Shown: positions 46,401 through 59,423, numbered from the whole stretch's first letter. The stretch: DNA of 62,054 nucleotides, filler included, from Nemertoderma westbladi (GCA_032718475.1; 3 parts of 3 records of this genome joined end to end with filler, not necessarily neighbours in it), one strand, 5' to 3'. Notes: generated from the sequence alone by a model not told the origin. A program made the numbers and translations.

Positions 46401-47982
46401 GACGTATTGGTGCGGAATGGAAGTTTATATAGACGTATTGGTGCGGAATGTAAGTTTATATAGACGTATTGGTGCGGAATGTAAGTTTATATAGACTTAT
46501 TGGTGCGGAATGTAAGTTTATATAGACGTATTGGTGCGGAATGTTAGGCCCCCCTCACACGGAGCAACTTGTTTCTGCAACTTGTTTCTGAAACTTGTTG
46601 CTGGACCCCCTCACACACAGAAACTTGTTGCTGCAACTTGTTTCCGAAACTTGTTTCTGTGTGTGAGGACTCCAGCAACAAGTTTCTGCAACTTGTTTCC
46701 GCAACTTATTTCTGTGTGTGAGGGGGTCCAGCAACAAGTTGCTGGAAGTTAGATTCCCAGCAACTTTTTGAAAAACTTTTATTACATTCCATTTTGATAC
46801 TAGCTAATATTAGATAATTTGAGTGATGTGATATTATATATAAATGACTGGACATGTTAGCTATTTATTTGGAAATAATTGTTATTTTCTTCAGCAACAA
46901 GTTTCTGTGTGTGAGGGGGGGCCAGCAACAAGTTGCAGAAACAAGTTTCGGAAACAAGTTGCAGAAACAAGTTGCAGCAACTTGTTTCTGTGTGTGAGGG
47001 GGTCCAGCAACAAGTTTCAGAAACAAGTTGCAGAAACAAGTTGCTCCGTGTGAGGGGGGCCTAAGTTTATATAGACGTATTGGTGCGGAATGTAAGTTTA
47101 TATAGACGTATTGGTGCGGAATGTAAGTTTATATAGACGTATTGGTGCGGAATGTAAGTTTATATAGACGTATTGGTGCGGAATGTAAGTTTAAATTGAC
47201 GTATTGGTGCGGAATGTAAGTTTATATAGACGTATTGGTGCGGAATGTAAGTTTATATAGACGTATTGGTGCGGAATGTAAGTTTATATAGACGTATTGG
47301 TGCGGAATGTAAGTTTATATAGACGTATTGGTGCGGAATGTAAGTTTATATAGACGTATTGGTGCGGAATGTAAGTTTATATAGACGTATTGGTGCGGAA
47401 TGTAAGTTTATATAGACGTATTGGTGCGGAATGTAAGTTTATATAGACGTATTGGTGCGGAATGTAAGTTTATATAGACGTATTGGTGCGGAATGTAAGT
47501 TTATATAGACGTATTGGTGCGGAATGTAAGTTTATATAGACGTATTGGTGCGGAATGTAAGTTTATATAGACGTATTGGTGCGGAATGTAAGTTTATATA
47601 GACGTATTGGTGCGGAATGTAAGTTTATATAGACGTATTGGTGCGGAATGTAAGTTTAATAGATATATTGGTAACACCTTACGTATTTCATATATTATTA
47701 TTATCACCTGTACACTACATACCGGTAGGTGTTATGTACAGCAGCAGTGTAGTTTGTTGCATTCCATTGTCTGGATCATTTGGTTTCCGTAACACCCTTA
47801 TTATTCTAGAATTCCGCAGGATTCCAGAAGGTACGCGACTCTAACGGGAAGTACGCCTACCTAATGGAATCGGCACAAAACGAATACATCAACAACAAAG
47901 ACCCGTGTAACACGATGATGGTTGGTCAGAAATTGGACCAGAAAGGTTACGGCATTGCCATGCGGAAGGATTTCTATTGGGC
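28315..47982 (+). CDS. GRIA: Ionotropic glutamate receptor, AMPA-like; partial gene, 12 exons traced (~752 codons); signal-peptide exon and flip/flop-M4-C-terminal exons not found
   Basis: Exons 28315-28470, 28807-29049, 33553-33722, 35534-35755, 42956-43126, 43422-43634, 44204-44434, 44568-44745, 44932-45145, 45229-45430, 45622-45705, 47810-47982. All are GT-AG with consistent phases. Motifs [78 protein letters not shown]. Confidence 0.92.
28434..28769 (+). repeat. 41-bp tandem array of exon end plus splice donor, 8 copies
   Basis: Unit GTGGACATGAGTAACAGCTTCCAGTTGAGTAACAGAT|GTAA; the first copy is the true exon end. Confidence 0.93.
28807..29049 (+). CDS. GRIA: GluA-like exon (ATD)
   Basis: tttcAG|; [14 protein letters not shown]...[27 protein letters not shown]; |GTTAGT. 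Confidence 0.85.
29081..33593 (+). repeat. 51-bp tandem array of splice acceptor plus exon start, ~70 copies, split by a LINE
   Basis: Unit CCAGTTCTACTTTATAG|GTTTCGACTTACATTACAACGCCTTTGTAATAAA; the last copy runs into the true exon. Confidence 0.96.
29412..30373 (+). mobile_element. 5'-truncated non-LTR retrotransposon (3' part of RT ORF, 3' UTR, AT-rich tail) inserted in the 51-bp array
   Basis: LIYGCESW...[11 protein letters not shown]...RVCSC...[10 protein letters not shown]; AATAAA then a (TA)n/TAA tail. The array resumes in register at 30374. Confidence 0.85.
33553..33722 (+). CDS. GRIA: GluA-like exon (ATD)
   Basis: [23 protein letters not shown]...[18 protein letters not shown]|GTTAGT; phase 1-0. 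Confidence 0.8.
33988..34225. mobile_element. Palindromic MITE with ~70-bp TIRs (Kolobok-like, TTAA-type flank)
   Basis: GGTATACTCCGGGGGTGGAGAATCTGTTTGGGGTGTAGAGGGTCTAGCCACGAGTTATAAAA and its reverse complement; flanks TTCA/TTAA. Confidence 0.85.
34290..35105 (-). mobile_element. Decayed non-LTR retrotransposon RT fragment
   Basis: [12 protein letters not shown] near 35070-35100; [14 protein letters not shown]; Cys/His-rich end; frameshifted. Confidence 0.7.
35534..35755 (+). CDS. GRIA: GluA-like exon (ATD)
   Basis: ttacAG|[18 protein letters not shown]...[11 protein letters not shown]...GKGMD|GTAAGT. Confidence 0.8.
36655..37130. repeat. Nearly pure A/T degenerate minisatellite
   Basis: TTAATTAAATTATTAATTATATTTAA-like units. 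Confidence 0.85.
37917..41711 (-). CDS. CCDC73: CCDC73-like coiled-coil protein with 11-aa repeat tract; intronless, antisense within a GluA intron
   Basis: N-terminus [17 protein letters not shown]..., [29 protein letters not shown] resembles vertebrate CCDC73 as recalled (DFKTSLLEALEELRMRR; LKALQVSKYSLQK). First ATG at 41711; ~3.8-kb open frame. Confidence 0.75.
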   Translation of the reverse strand: MMAAKETSSEFVGSTVITDFRNNFFDILQELEIRRKVDKENECKIQSLISEKIELQRLILEQSGKIAQLNESNEKLTSLNNRMTSSSHEQKEENDCERLSTQLQLSEHEVELLKTEIKALHLSKYTAEKNARDFDNKLQVQQTSKACLQNEMAEMSERCSAVKDMQYQIQDSINNLESNIKVSLQQNTALSTDISNYKEFIGKLEKTKFSLTEELKMLQCQLKRTPSEVNSEVYVRDTELSSLKTELQGVRDSLSVMEARLKRMEVEKSNLYEQLEISHILIDKQVDTLATHLVALKNMEKLNSELDSEKNSCIEEINGLNKKWEGKERSLMNEITCLKLDLSEAKKRFNSLMGDQSKRCFVNSITFSTNGTPCGKLAPRITDVILTGATSEGEAKGMEQFLLNGAKSKEPIPMNDTDSNDLVHVDDTISNDLVPLNNFKANELIQVNDTKANEFIQDDDTKSNELVQVNDTNSNEFIQDNDTKSNELVQVNDTNSNEFIQDNDTKSNELVQVNDTNSNELIQMNDTKSNDLIQVNDTKSNDLIQVNDTKSNESVQDNDTKSNDLIQVNDTKSNNLVQMNESKSNELVQVNDTKSNELVQVNDTKSNKVNQVNDTKSNNFVQMNESKSNVLVQVNDTKPNVLDQVNDTKSNKVNQVNDTESNDLVQMNESKSSKLIQVNDIISNYLVPTNESKSNEVVPLNVTDPNELVPMNEADSNEFVAMNDADSYKFVQDNDTQSNELFQTNEFKAKEIVPMNGAKTNEILPLSETKSIKLLNGNEFKSNDHEITTYSKSNDTNANDVIFLRDTGTEDSLNKTVHKDVEKFSNNNYSENFVEREDFCVKENLVKHSDKNKLKVYTQIERNDMRKCLSSEDERKNAFKFDKSEVTGAVVDDPIMGVNDGMRVKRNITQRVDGEVNSVSVDGIKLENQSNVRVQIENDLGMGLLPHPIVSMQCFRDDIKYSESICTDRLIQYNPKPGTSVQVNYAPDPHIFQPRILTALSGTSNVSSLSTTILKCNDIDIQCLSEGKKEYNRAASVGLPKEIIDNDNLNSMRDVANNVALINEPQMSGSKRSAMMPGQSADYTKRLCVEKPQENESDYLKRLSELKANNNESYASKGAPKMVPHDLSHLSVLSRGAMKPPPTIDLPRDITCPLVASSATTPTTNPLQPFPPRPYQGARNTIPPSPTTESTLRGDCEDSNNYNISRPTTPVNNIISEEVDGQREDDSIIGENIRSSNEGNSPFQRLCREMKAMVSRSHLNRLIN
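39330..40475 (-). repeat. Coding 33-bp repeat ([11 protein letters not shown])n, ~30 copies
   Basis: In-frame degenerate 11-aa repeats inside the CCDC73-like ORF. Confidence 0.9.
42168..42460 (+). mobile_element. Dispersed repeat copy related to the element at 640-3220, without the 27-bp array
   Basis: Shared TTTGAAACAG.GATAGTTTCACCTCC, TCTTTAGCTACAAGCGTTTG, ACAATCTGAA...AAATAGCTGAGAT. Confidence 0.7.
42956..43126 (+). CDS. GRIA: GluA-like exon (ATD)
   Basis: cgcAG|[17 protein letters not shown]...TCEE...MRNLN|GTGAGT. Confidence 0.85.
43422..43634 (+). CDS. GRIA: GluA-like exon (ATD end/linker)
   Basis: [17 protein letters not shown]...AGYW...IFTSIK|GTGAGA. Confidence 0.88.
44204..44434 (+). 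CDS. GRIA: GluA-like exon (S1)
   Basis: EFPYFM...[10 protein letters not shown]...VADGNYGS...[11 protein letters not shown]|GTGAGT. Confidence 0.92.
44568..44745 (+). CDS. GRIA: GluA-like exon (S1, pre-M1)
   Basis: [33 protein letters not shown]...PGVFSF. Confidence 0.93.
44932..45145 (+). CDS. GRIA: GluA-like exon (M1-M2 pore loop; Q at the Q/R site)
   Basis: [25 protein letters not shown](R)|GTATGT. Confidence 0.93.
45229..45430 (+). CDS. GRIA: GluA-like exon (M3, S2 start)
   Basis: [30 protein letters not shown]...[14 protein letters not shown]. Confidence 0.95.
45622..45705 (+). CDS. GRIA: GluA-like exon (S2)
   Basis: gcAG|[28 protein letters not shown]|GTAAGT. Confidence 0.82.
45684..47672 (+). 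repeat. 31-bp tandem array of exon end plus splice donor, ~47 copies, split by a MITE
   Basis: Unit ATAGACGTATTGGTGCGGAAT|GTAAGTTTAT; the first copy is the true exon end. Confidence 0.96.
46547..47061. mobile_element. PIF/Harbinger-like MITE with long inverted arms
   Basis: GGCCCCCCTCACACGGAGCAACTTGTTTCTGCAAC... and its reverse complement at the other end; flanks TTA/TAA at the TAA of a repeat unit. Confidence 0.88.
47810..47982 (+). CDS. GRIA: GluA-like exon (S2)
   Basis: ttcTAG|[57 protein letters not shown]|GTTAGT; phase-2 end at the position equivalent to the R/G-site intron. Confidence 0.93.
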
Positions 47983-48278
47983 GTTAGTATTTTAGTCCCG
48001 AAGATAAACATAATAGTTGAATTAATATGAACCAATTCGTTTTTTTTGGTCATCTAATGGGAAATGAAAAGATCATTTGAATAATTTAGAAGTTGTGGTA
48101 AATTTTGTGTCAAATAAACTATTAATTGATTAACTACATAATATTGTACAAAGTTCGTATATAGAGGAGCTAAAATTCGTAAAACATCAAATTCTCTCTC
48201 AGAGTAAGAAATACTCTAATACGAACAGACGGTCAATCATCCATCTAATGTTATAAAAGTAATCTCAAGTCTCCAAGG

Positions 48279-48467
48279 TTACAGTTTTGTACTATCGAGT
48301 GTGCTATGCCTCGTCATTTCCGAATTGTAATTGACAGTTCTTTGATTGATAAAAGCCAAGCGCTGTTGGTTACCCCGGCAACAAACGCGACGAAAGTCCC
48401 GACGAAATTGTTGTGACATAATATTATATAATATTGGGTTCACTGCTGAGTTGAGATAAATTAACAC
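48279..48467 (-). CDS. Class A (rhodopsin-like) peptide GPCR, TM7-helix 8-C-tail only; terminal exon or remnant
   Basis: [30 protein letters not shown] (NPxxY, FR, CC), similar to TRH/ETH-receptor-type TM7; preceded by ttctcatAG. Confidence 0.75.
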   Translation of the reverse strand: MLIYLNSAVNPILYNIMSQQFRRDFRRVCCRGNQQRLAFINQRTVNYNSEMTRHSTLDSTKL

Positions 48468-48479
48468 CTATGAGAATTC

Positions 48480-51271
48480 CTGGATTCAGAGTAGGAATAC
48501 CTCATCAAGGCCCGCCTGGTGGGGGGTGGTACCTAGGACAGATGTCGCATTCCCTCTGACCACTGCAATTGAGAGCCGCTGGAAAAGGAATTCTGTGGAC
48601 CTAGGTTCACCTGTTTCCTTGGCGATTCTCCGCCCTATCTCCCGCAGTACTGCGGTGCCTTCTGCACCGTTTGGGCCTAAGGTCTCTAAGGCAATAGTGC
48701 GGAATAAGTGGTGGTGCTGGAGCGCAGCATACTTATTTCCTTTACTGGTCTCTGCCATTAAAGCGGCTGCACCTGCAGATTTACTTGTCTCGGGTAGATA
48801 GGAAGGAGCGAGGGTGTCCCTGCAAGTTAAGTCCCAAACGAGTGGGCGGCCTGAGGACCAAGGGGCAAAGGTCAAACCGTCTGGTTTCTTGCCGTCTTGT
48901 GAAAGTCCTCGAGGCTCCAAGGTGGAGGCAATGCCGGCTGATGAGAGTGCACGGTGAATGATGTCATTGGCCTCTGCATGACGGGTGTATTTCCCATAAT
49001 TGTGTAAGCAGCTGAGGCCATGACTTCCACTCGTGTCGACTTCCAACCCGCAACCCCTGCAGGAATGCTCCTCGCAAATAGGTGTACCCAAGCGGAGAGC
49101 TGCTCCCACCCGCAGCTGCTCATCACTGAGGCGAAGGCCTAGGGATGATACCGGCAGTGCCCTTAGCCAGTCCCCGGCGTGGTCTGCGGCGGCAGCTAGG
49201 AGACGAGCCTTCTCTTTTGCTGATGAGGCTTTGGTGATCAGTTCATCCTGTCGTGATGAGCACAGCGGGGCATCCCATCCTTTCTGAATGGCTTGATTGA
49301 TTGGTTCAGGAAAATCGGTAGGTAGTAGTTGCTTCGCAGCTATTAGGAGTGGGTTGGGGATGCTGGAAATGGAACTGGGTAGTGTTAAGCAGTGGGCTGC
49401 ACCCATGGCTGGAAGCCAGGAAAGCTGGTAAAGCTACGTCGGATGTGCTTCTAACCCCCAGTCCGCCCAAAGATATTGGAAGGGAAGCCTGGGCCCAAGC
49501 ATCGCCCCCAATCCTAGTGTTGAGCACAATTTGGCAGCACTGCCGAATCTTATCATCTAGAGACTTCAATCGAGGGGATCCAAAGGCGGGTGAACACCGC
49601 AGCACATACATCAACTTCGGAATGGCAAAGCAATGTCTGAGTAGGTATAGGGCGTCATGCGCCGATAGAAGGTGGAGGCGGTCGGCGAACCTAGAGAGGT
49701 CTGATTCCTTCTCTTCAAGGATCTTCTCCATGGCTGAATCTCCTAGGGGTGATCCAAGCAACAGCGCATCAGAAAAATCGATTGGTTTAATGCTTGGTGT
49801 GATGGCATCAAACAGAGCTGTTGTCTCTTCTTTCAGTTCTAAGGGAAAGTGCTTGCCAAAGATTAACTCACACTTGGATGCCTTGACCATAAGGCCTAAC
49901 TTTGCTGCCTCGGCTATGACCCTCTTCAGGTCAGAAGCAACAACAGATGGTGTTCCACCCAAGGAACCGTCATCCAGGAACCACACGTTGAGAGGAGATT
50001 CCATGCTATCGACAAGTTCAATTGTGTCGTTGCTGAAGAATAGAGAGGCTAGTGGGTCTCCCTGTTGCATACCATCGTCAGAGGCAATTGTTGTCCCATT
50101 GTAGAATAGGAGAGAGGGTTGCGAATATGACTGATATGCCAGGTTGTATAGTGGTGGGAGGTTCTTTAGCACTGCCCTCAAGGCTGGTCCACGGTGAATA
50201 CTGTTGAAGGCATTTGAGAAATCAATTTTGATCATGACTGTCTCTCTCTCTATTGACTCACTGAGGAAACGCCTGGCTGCATGTACTGCTGCTTCTGCAC
50301 CCCGGGGGGTCCCGAACCCTAGCTGATGGGGTCCTAGCTTTAAACCGGAATGCTTTGCCGCTGAATGGCAGCCTGTTTTGGCGGTAAGTCGACGCAGAGT
50401 GCACCCCACGGCTATGGGGCGAACTCCACCTGCTGGTTTAGTGAAAGCACAAAGCCTGGCGCCATAGAGGTAAGGGAGAACTTCCTGGGGCACTCCTCCC
50501 TTTAGCATGATATTAGCTACCGATGTCATAGCCTTGAGGGAAGCCAGGGCAGCATCCCCCGCTGATGATGAGATCATGTCCTTGAGGAACTGAGGACGGC
50601 AGTTGTCGGGACCTGGTGCCGAGCCATTGGGGAATAGCTTGATTGATTTTAGAACCTCTGGGTAAGATAGCTCGAGGGTCGGGACATCTGCTTCCTCTAA
50701 TGACGGTACTCAGTGGAAGTCATCTGATGGGCGTGTAGGATGAAGGAGTCGGAGGGCTTCAAGGGTCTCTGAGGTGGCTGGGGCTATAGTGGCTGATGAG
50801 GATGCTAGTCGTGCAGCTGCTTTCACATTTCCTTCTTCTATCTTAGAGGCTATCAATTTCCCTAGCATGTCATCCGAGGATTGTTGAGTCTTGGGCTTCA
50901 GATGGGATGGAAGGCTAGTCGTAGGCAGTACTAGTAATTCTTTGGTGTTCTTGACCATCTCTTCAAATTCCAACAGTTGGTCCTTTACCTTGTCTGTGAG
51001 TGATTTGCAGGCTGGACCGATAGCCCTCCGGCCACGTCTGGACCTTGATCACTGGGAGGGTACTCTGAGAGAGAATGGAAAGGCCAGCAGGTTTAACCAG
51101 TTTGACTGACTGTTGTTGAGGACGATGGCATCACAGAGACTACTGTAAAGTGTGGCTGCTTTTAGTCTTGCACCCCTGGGGATACGAGTCAGGGTTCTGA
51201 TCCTAGTGAGGGTTTCGAATGCACTGCTAAGTGAATCTGATATGGCTCTCTGGCTGGCTACCACAGGAGCA
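48480..51271 (-). mobile_element. CRE-clade non-LTR retrotransposon (RT plus restriction-like endonuclease), disrupted, 5' end in the gap
   Basis: GGVRPIAVG.TLRRL, HQLGFG, KIDFSNAFNS, GMQQGDPL, WFLDD, QASLP...GGLG; C-terminal C..C...H...C, RH..ND, KPDG, VWD. The ORF is broken into several frames. Confidence 0.9.
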
Positions 51272-51371
51272 NNNNNNNNNNNNNNNNNNNNNNNNNNNNN
51301 NNNNNNNNNNNNNNNTTAATTAATTAANNNNNNNNNNNNNNNNNNNNNNNNNNNNNNNNNNNNNNNNNNNN
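51272..51371. other. Assembly gap with artificial linker
   Basis: 100 nt of N with a central TTAATTAATTAA. Confidence 0.95.
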
Positions 51372-51443
51372 GCCTTTTGTGGTATTTTGCGGTCTTTTGT
51401 GGTCTTTTGCGGTCTTTTTTGGTCTTTTGCGGTCTTTTGCGGT
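51372..51443. repeat. (GCGGTCTTTT)n decamer repeat
   Basis: About 7 imperfect copies next to the gap. Confidence 0.8.
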
Positions 51444-51454
51444 AATTCGTAGGA

Positions 51455-52435
51455 CCGTGGCATGTACGTACGCGCTGGCATTCGTCCTCTATATCCAAGC
51501 AACTGTTCATCTATCGTTAATTGCTCTTCAGGTATGATGTACTTTAGCAAAGTATCCTGAAACATGTTCCATACATCTCGTATAGCAGCAAACTTATCAG
51601 TTTTCAAACGTTCTCCTCGAGTAGCTTTATTGTCGAAACGTAGGCATTGAATGAGACTAACAAAACGATTATAACCCATGGTGGCTCTAAACATTGGAGG
51701 ACCGTGAATCGGGTTCCATAACTCAGTTAGCTGTTGGTGGGAACTTTTGTATACACCGGCTAGAAGCAGCAAACCTATACCTGCACGAAGCTCTATGCAT
51801 GAGAAAGCCTTGAATCTACTGACAGACACTCCGGGATTTTTTATTGAAAACAATATCCTCCCTCGTCTATTTGTTTCTTGGAGTACAATATAAAGGATTT
51901 CTTCAGTAAAGTATAGGCCAAAACTTTCAGTTTCACTTGCAGGATTGACTAAGGCTCTTGGTCTGAAACGGATAATATCTTGTTTACTACGCTTGCATGG
52001 TGGGGGTTGCACAGTGGTGTATTCTGCACCTGACTTTGCCACATAAATTGGGTGGACAGCAGGCAGAGTATTACCTGAACTCGTATCACTGTCGCTCAAA
52101 TCACTACAGTCAAATGGAGTGGTTTCCATGTCAAAATCCGAAGCACTGCTGAGATCACCAGCCTCATCATCATCCAAAATGACACTGATACCAACCACAT
52201 TTTCAACATCATCATCAGAAATTCTAATATCTGTTCCCGTTGCCATATTACAAATATCAACTGTATTTTCGATTCCATCATTTTGTGTGCCATTTTCTTC
52301 ATCTTGTTCCGGTGTCTCATCACCAAGATCAAGCCAGTGCTGTACGTTTATAGTTTCAATAGCCGTCTCCAAAAAATCACGGTCACGTTTATCAGGAAAA
52401 TAGCTTTCAAACAATAGCCGATTATAGTTTGTCAT
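51455..52435 (-). mobile_element. Truncated piggyBac transposase (N-terminal half)
   Basis: ELRAGIGLLLLAG, FRATMGYNRF, LRFDN, DKFAAIRDVW, LTIDEQLLGYRGR..YMP; similarity stops after the first catalytic Asp. Confidence 0.88.
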
Positions 52436-54054
52436 TGTATTTGTATCACTTATAGCAGGCTAAATGTGGCAGGTTAGTTAGTAACAGGTCGGCAACTCTA
52501 CCTCAGTACTGTATCTAAATTTGCTTCTGAAAGTAATAATTTAGGCCTCCAGTCAGACAGTATTATCCAGAATTAAATTCTGCATATTTGTATGAATATA
52601 TTTAGAGAATACAGACAGGTGCCCCTGGGCCTCTACGGTTTATAAAGACAATGACTAAACTAAATTTGTCAAAATCCCTTATACTACACTGTGACTACAA
52701 ATGTAGTCCATATGCTAAACAACATTAATTAACCATTTAACTCAGGCATTGGCCAGGAAATACAATAATATAAACGCATTATCCAATAGAAAACGAGTTT
52801 TCCTACAGATAGATGAAGCACCACCTTCAAGGCATTAGAAGTTGATGAGGGGAGAGTTGTTGAAAGTGGCTTGACTACAAATGTAGTCCATGCGCTAGCA
52901 TTAGTGTTAACGGAAAGGAGCAGGTTACAGTGGTGGGATTTTCTAACCAAAACAATAAACAATATCTCAATAACATAGGGTATTTCATACTTATAGTCTT
53001 ATTTTTGCAATACGAAAATACCAGAGGTACGCATATGAACTATAACTCTGAAGTTGAGTGTCTGGTCACCGATTGATCGCGCGCGAAGAATATAATAGAG
53101 TTTGCTGATATGAAGGCTTCTGTTGGTCGTACCGAGTTAATTTTAGGCTTATTTGAACCGCAGTCATCGATTTAGTGGGTGTAGATACCTTCAAAACAAG
53201 TGCTAAGCTAGTAGTTCTCGAGATATCACACAAAAGCTTAAGCCCTGCACAACTCATCAATCGATCATTCAATTGATTACGTCAAGGACATATTGAAATA
53301 TTGGCATTAACATTTTGTAGGTCTACCTCCCTGCATCTTCTTTCAGTTAATCTCGATTTTAGCATTGTATAACCATTCAAACTATGTTTAGTAAAAAAAA
53401 ATTCATCACAACCCCATGGGAAATGCTTGCACAAGCATCACTAATTTGTGCCTAAGCGCCATTTGGTACGATATCAATAATTGGCCACAAAACTTAACTT
53501 TTGGTTAATTATATCAGGAACTGTTCGTTTAATTTGATTTTGACTGATTTTAAGTGCAGAACCCAAAAATCTGATTTGTATTTTAAAATGATATGGTGCA
53601 TGATATACAACAATACTATAGGGCCTACTGTACTTCAAAGCATTTTAAGATAAGGATTGATAGATGCAGAGATATGTGCATCCAGCGACCAAAAGAGAAC
53701 TAATATATGGGAAGAAGCTTTGCACATATGTATTATTAGTAGGCCTATGTCTGCAACATATCTGTCTGTATGTTATTACTTTATTATTTATTTATTACGA
53801 TTGCCGACCAAATATTCCGCTCTCCAGGAAACACATCAATTAATATCCCGCCGTACAGCCGTATTGCTGTATTGTTATATTCTCAATTTTGGGAAAGGCT
53901 GAAAGGAGCAGTATAGGCCAGTAGGCCTACCTACAGTGACACGTTATTAGACCTGTATACTGCCGACTGCGTACTGTTAAGTATAACCGAAACAATAAAC
54001 TAATGTCGATATAGAACAGGCTGACAGGTTACTGTTTTATTTTTGGGAAAGCTC

Positions 54055-54571
54055 AGTCGGTCGGCAGGGGAGAAGTTCTATTTTCAACTGAGTTGAAATT
54101 TCAACTTTATTTTTTAAAATTCAACTTTTTATTAAAATTCAACTTTTGGAGCAAGGTTTAAAATTCAACTTTTTTTTAAATTCAACTTTTGGAGTATGTT
54201 TTCAAATACTGACATATGGAGTTGGTATTCCATTGTATAATAATTATGACATACCAGAATACAGCGGTACGTAATTTAATACATCTAATAAATTCAGAAA
54301 TTCCCATAGTATTTCAGCTAATTTGCAAATGTAATCACTTAAAATGTTTCAAAAAAATGTCATCCCGAGGGTGAGAGTTTTTATTCCATCGGTAATGAGG
54401 GTTAATTTTTCGAGTTACATCCATAAAAACAATAAAAACACCCCTTCTGTCACGTCTTGGGGGCCTTCTGGGCCTCCTGTCATTTTAGAGTTGAATTTAC
54501 AACTTAAAAGTTGAATTAAAAAAAAAAATTTAAATTTCAACTCAGTTGAAATTTGAACTTCTCCCCGACTG
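54055..54571. mobile_element. MITE with inverted arms
   Basis: GGGGAGAAGTTC..TTTCAACTGAGTTGAAATTT versus AAATTTCAACTCAGTTGAAATTTGAACTTCTCCCC. Confidence 0.7.
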
Positions 54572-54763
54572 TCAGTTGTTATTTGCGTAGAAAATTTCCC
54601 CTTTAGTGTCCAGGTGTCAGGGTCAGCCTCAGCATACCTTAATCTGTTAATACCGACGTACTATTCGCTAGGCCTACCGGTAATCAGCTACACGGTAATT
54701 GTTGTTCATTTTCTTAATGCTTAATATTAATAATAAGATAATTTATATATAATAACAAAATAA

Positions 54764-58597
<3,834 letters not shown>

Positions 58598-58851
58598 CTA
58601 TTATATTAGTTTTTATTTTTTACTCGGTTTTTGTTGATGCTTATTTAATGATTTTATTGTTTTTCCTTTTTGAATTTTTCTATGAATGCTAAAATTACAT
58701 TATTAACTATACAAAACGTATTATTTCGGTAATACTCCGCTAAAAGTACCTGTATTGAGCGAGAGTTCGTGCCGGGATATTTTCTCTGTAATAAAATTAT
58801 GCCTCATGTAAACTTTTCCAACTACCTACCTCCTTCCTTGCCTTACATTGT

Positions 58852-59008
58852 TGTAAATTTGATACTTTCAGGGGCTTTTTACATGTAAATTTAATACTTT
58901 CAGGGGCTTTTTACATGTAAATTTGATACTTTCAGGGGCTTTTACATGTAAATTTGATACTTTCAGGGGCTTTTACATGTAAATTTGATACTTTCAGGGG
59001 CCTTTACA
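58852..59008. repeat. 31-32-bp minisatellite, ~5 copies
   Basis: TGTAAATTTGATACTTTCAGGGGCTTTTTACA repeated, shortly after an AATAAA at ~58789. Confidence 0.9.
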
Positions 59009-59202
59009 TAAAAATTCTAACATTTCTGTTCCAAGTCTCACATTCAGGTTGGTTGCGAAGTATTTGAAAAGTTGTCTCGAAATAATTTAGATGGCGGTTT
59101 ATTCCAAGAAGGGATCTTGTTGTTTTGTTATCGCGGTGTGTTATATTTTGATAAAATGCTTAAAATATTGTTGATTTTATGGGTTGAACGCACTATTTAT
59201 TA

Positions 59203-59423
59203 GGGTCGGAGTAAAACGCGGATCCGGATTCTAAATTTAACATTGTCCCTACGGAAGTCGATTTTTTTTTACATTTTTACAACTCCCAAAAATAAAACTA
59301 TAACCTGTTCTATTGACTTTAGTTTATTGTTTTGGTTAAAATAACGTGCCACTGTAACCTGCTCCTTTCCTTTAATTTATGATTTTAGAATCCGGATCCG
59401 GATTCCGCATTTTACACCAACCC
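59203..59423. mobile_element. Mutator-like MITE with 9-bp target-site duplication
   Basis: TSD TATTTATTA at 59194-59202 and 59424-59432; imperfect TIRs GGGTCGGAGTAAAACGCGG / CCGCATTTTACACCAACCC. Confidence 0.75.

Noticed and set aside
679-47672. CRISPR-like interpretation of the 27-51-bp arrays
   Set aside because: Units are head-to-tail with no unique spacers, there are no cas genes, and the context is eukaryotic.
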